Positions 62,913-64,000 of a stretch of DNA of 64,000 nt are shown here, piece by piece. The position numbers were made by a program, and so were the translations under genes. Source of the stretch: an uncultured Spirochaetota bacterium (lineage in GTDB: Bacteria; Spirochaetota; Spirochaetia; SZUA-6; Fen-1364); the NCBI GenBank assembly GCA_963820525.1, contig CAWGAA010000002.1, forward strand, positions 576,001 to 640,000. Direction: 5' to 3'. The notes under the pieces are model-generated. The model was not told the DNA's origin and ran no database searches. It saw only the letters and a list, made by a program, of their open reading frames with translations. Every line of letters starts with the position of its first letter. The stretch's first letter is position 1.

Positions 62913-62950
62913 TAACAGTGTTATTATAACGATGTTAACATATTTGTCAA
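62913..62950 (-). promoter_or_regulatory. tetR promoter with autoregulatory double operator
   Basis: TTGACA-16-TATAAT on the minus strand; TAACAGTGTTA-tta-TAACGATGTTA overlapping the -10. Confidence 0.8.
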
Positions 62951-63009
62951 GAGCTTTTTTGCAGATATTCATCTCAGGAGGCGCCGGCCGCGAGCCTCCG
63001 CTCGGATTT

Positions 63010-64000
63010 CTACGCTTTCACCTTTTCCCGGACGAGCAGGTGATTGAGCACGACCGCAATGATGAGCACGCTGCCCTTGGCTAACGTCTGCCAGAATGCG
63101 GGGATGACGGTCATCAGGCCGGTCGTCATGCACATGATGATGAGCGCGCCGACAACCGTCCTCGAAACCCATCCTTCGCCTCCGGAAAAAGCCGTCCCGC
63201 CGAGCAGCACGGCGATGATGCAATCCAGCTCCATGACGTCACCTGAAAGCGGGTCTCCGAGGGACATGTAACTCGCCCGTGCCAGGCCGGCGAGCGCGGC
63301 GAAAAGCCCCACGATGATGTACAAGAGCCACACCCACCGTATCGCATTGATTCCGGACAGCTCAGCCGCCGTGCGGTTGCCGCCGATCGCCGCGGCGTAT
63401 TTCCCGATGATCGTCTTCCTCTGAACGATGACAAGCGCGACGATCACGATCACCGCGACGTAGAATGCCCACGGCAGGCCAAGCAGGACTTCCTTGCGCG
63501 CGTAATCGTTGATCCACGCGGGCATGGGTTTCTCCGGGCTTCCCTTGATGGCCGACAGCCCGTCCGGCACGATCAGCAGCGCAATACCCTTGAAGAGGTT
63601 CAACGTCACGAGCGTCGCGATGACGGGTGTGATTCGCAGCTTCATGACGAGCAGGCCGTTGAGGAAACCGAACGCGATCCCCAGGATCAGAGTGAGCGTG
63701 AGCGCGAAAACGAAGCCGAACCCGTTCAGGATCATCAGCGCGAATACCACCGCGCTCAGGCTCATTGCGCTGCCGACGGACAGGTCGATGTACCCCGAGA
63801 TCATCAGGAGCGTGAATGCGCCGCTCAGCGTGAGGATGGGCACCGCGGCGCGCAACAGGTTGATCACGCTGTCCGGGCTCAGGAAATGTCCCCGCCCGAA
63901 CATGTCCACCTGCCCCAGTTTCACCACGCTGAAGACGATAACGATCAACACAAGGACGACGTAGATATAGAGCTTCTTGAAGTTCGATCGCAATGAATTC
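63010..64000 (-). CDS. Monosaccharide ABC permease (RbsC-like), start probably just beyond the window
   Basis: IDLSVGS, IATL, GGN..AA.LSGI, ELDCIIAVLLGGT; the frame is open to the window end. Confidence 0.9.
   Translation of the reverse strand, partial: NSLRSNFKKLYIYVVLVLIVIVFSVVKLGQVDMFGRGHFLSPDSVINLLRAAVPILTLSGAFTLLMISGYIDLSVGSAMSLSAVVFALMILNGFGFVFALTLTLILGIAFGFLNGLLVMKLRITPVIATLVTLNLFKGIALLIVPDGLSAIKGSPEKPMPAWINDYARKEVLLGLPWAFYVAVIVIVALVIVQRKTIIGKYAAAIGGNRTAAELSGINAIRWVWLLYIIVGLFAALAGLARASYMSLGDPLSGDVMELDCIIAVLLGGTAFSGGEGWVSRTVVGALIIMCMTTGLMTVIPAFWQTLAKGSVLIIAVVLNHLLVREKVKA

Overview
This is 64 kb of GC-rich chromosomal DNA, most likely from a free-living spirochaete (Spirochaetia). The assignment rests on tandem flaA periplasmic-flagellar sheath genes, a treponemal-type uracil phosphoribosyltransferase and LysM/lipoprotein pair, and a bactofilin. 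The window carries carbohydrate loci (GH51, a GHL6/GH151-like hydrolase with ABC transporter and LacI, a second LacI plus ABC transporter, GH36, GH31 plus MFS) and a probable compatible-solute operon (degenerate M20-like protein, gpgS, two GT4 enzymes including an MggS-like one). It also has a YtrA/GntR-SPFH-Lol-like ABC envelope operon, a group 3b [NiFe]-hydrogenase operon with maturation protease and a coupled receiver protein, class II aldolase, a cNMP histidine kinase, tRNA-Gln(CTG) and tRNA-Glu(CTC), flavodoxin-like oxidoreductases, an AlkZ-like glycosylase and two apparently degenerate HtrA-like proteases. The most notable sequence-level observations are four. First, a 27-bp direct repeat of a glycosyltransferase 3' end brackets a 5.5-kb sugar-uptake cassette, like an integrase-less att scar. 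Second, the LacI gene in that cassette has an HTH with no canonical start codon; the likely ACG start sits in a palindrome matching the neighbouring locus's operator. Third, a one-base frameshift fuses flaA1 to flaA2. Fourth, a GTCCAT-loop hairpin repeat follows upp. No CRISPR array, rRNA, transposase or integrase was seen. All product calls come from motif recognition, not database searches.
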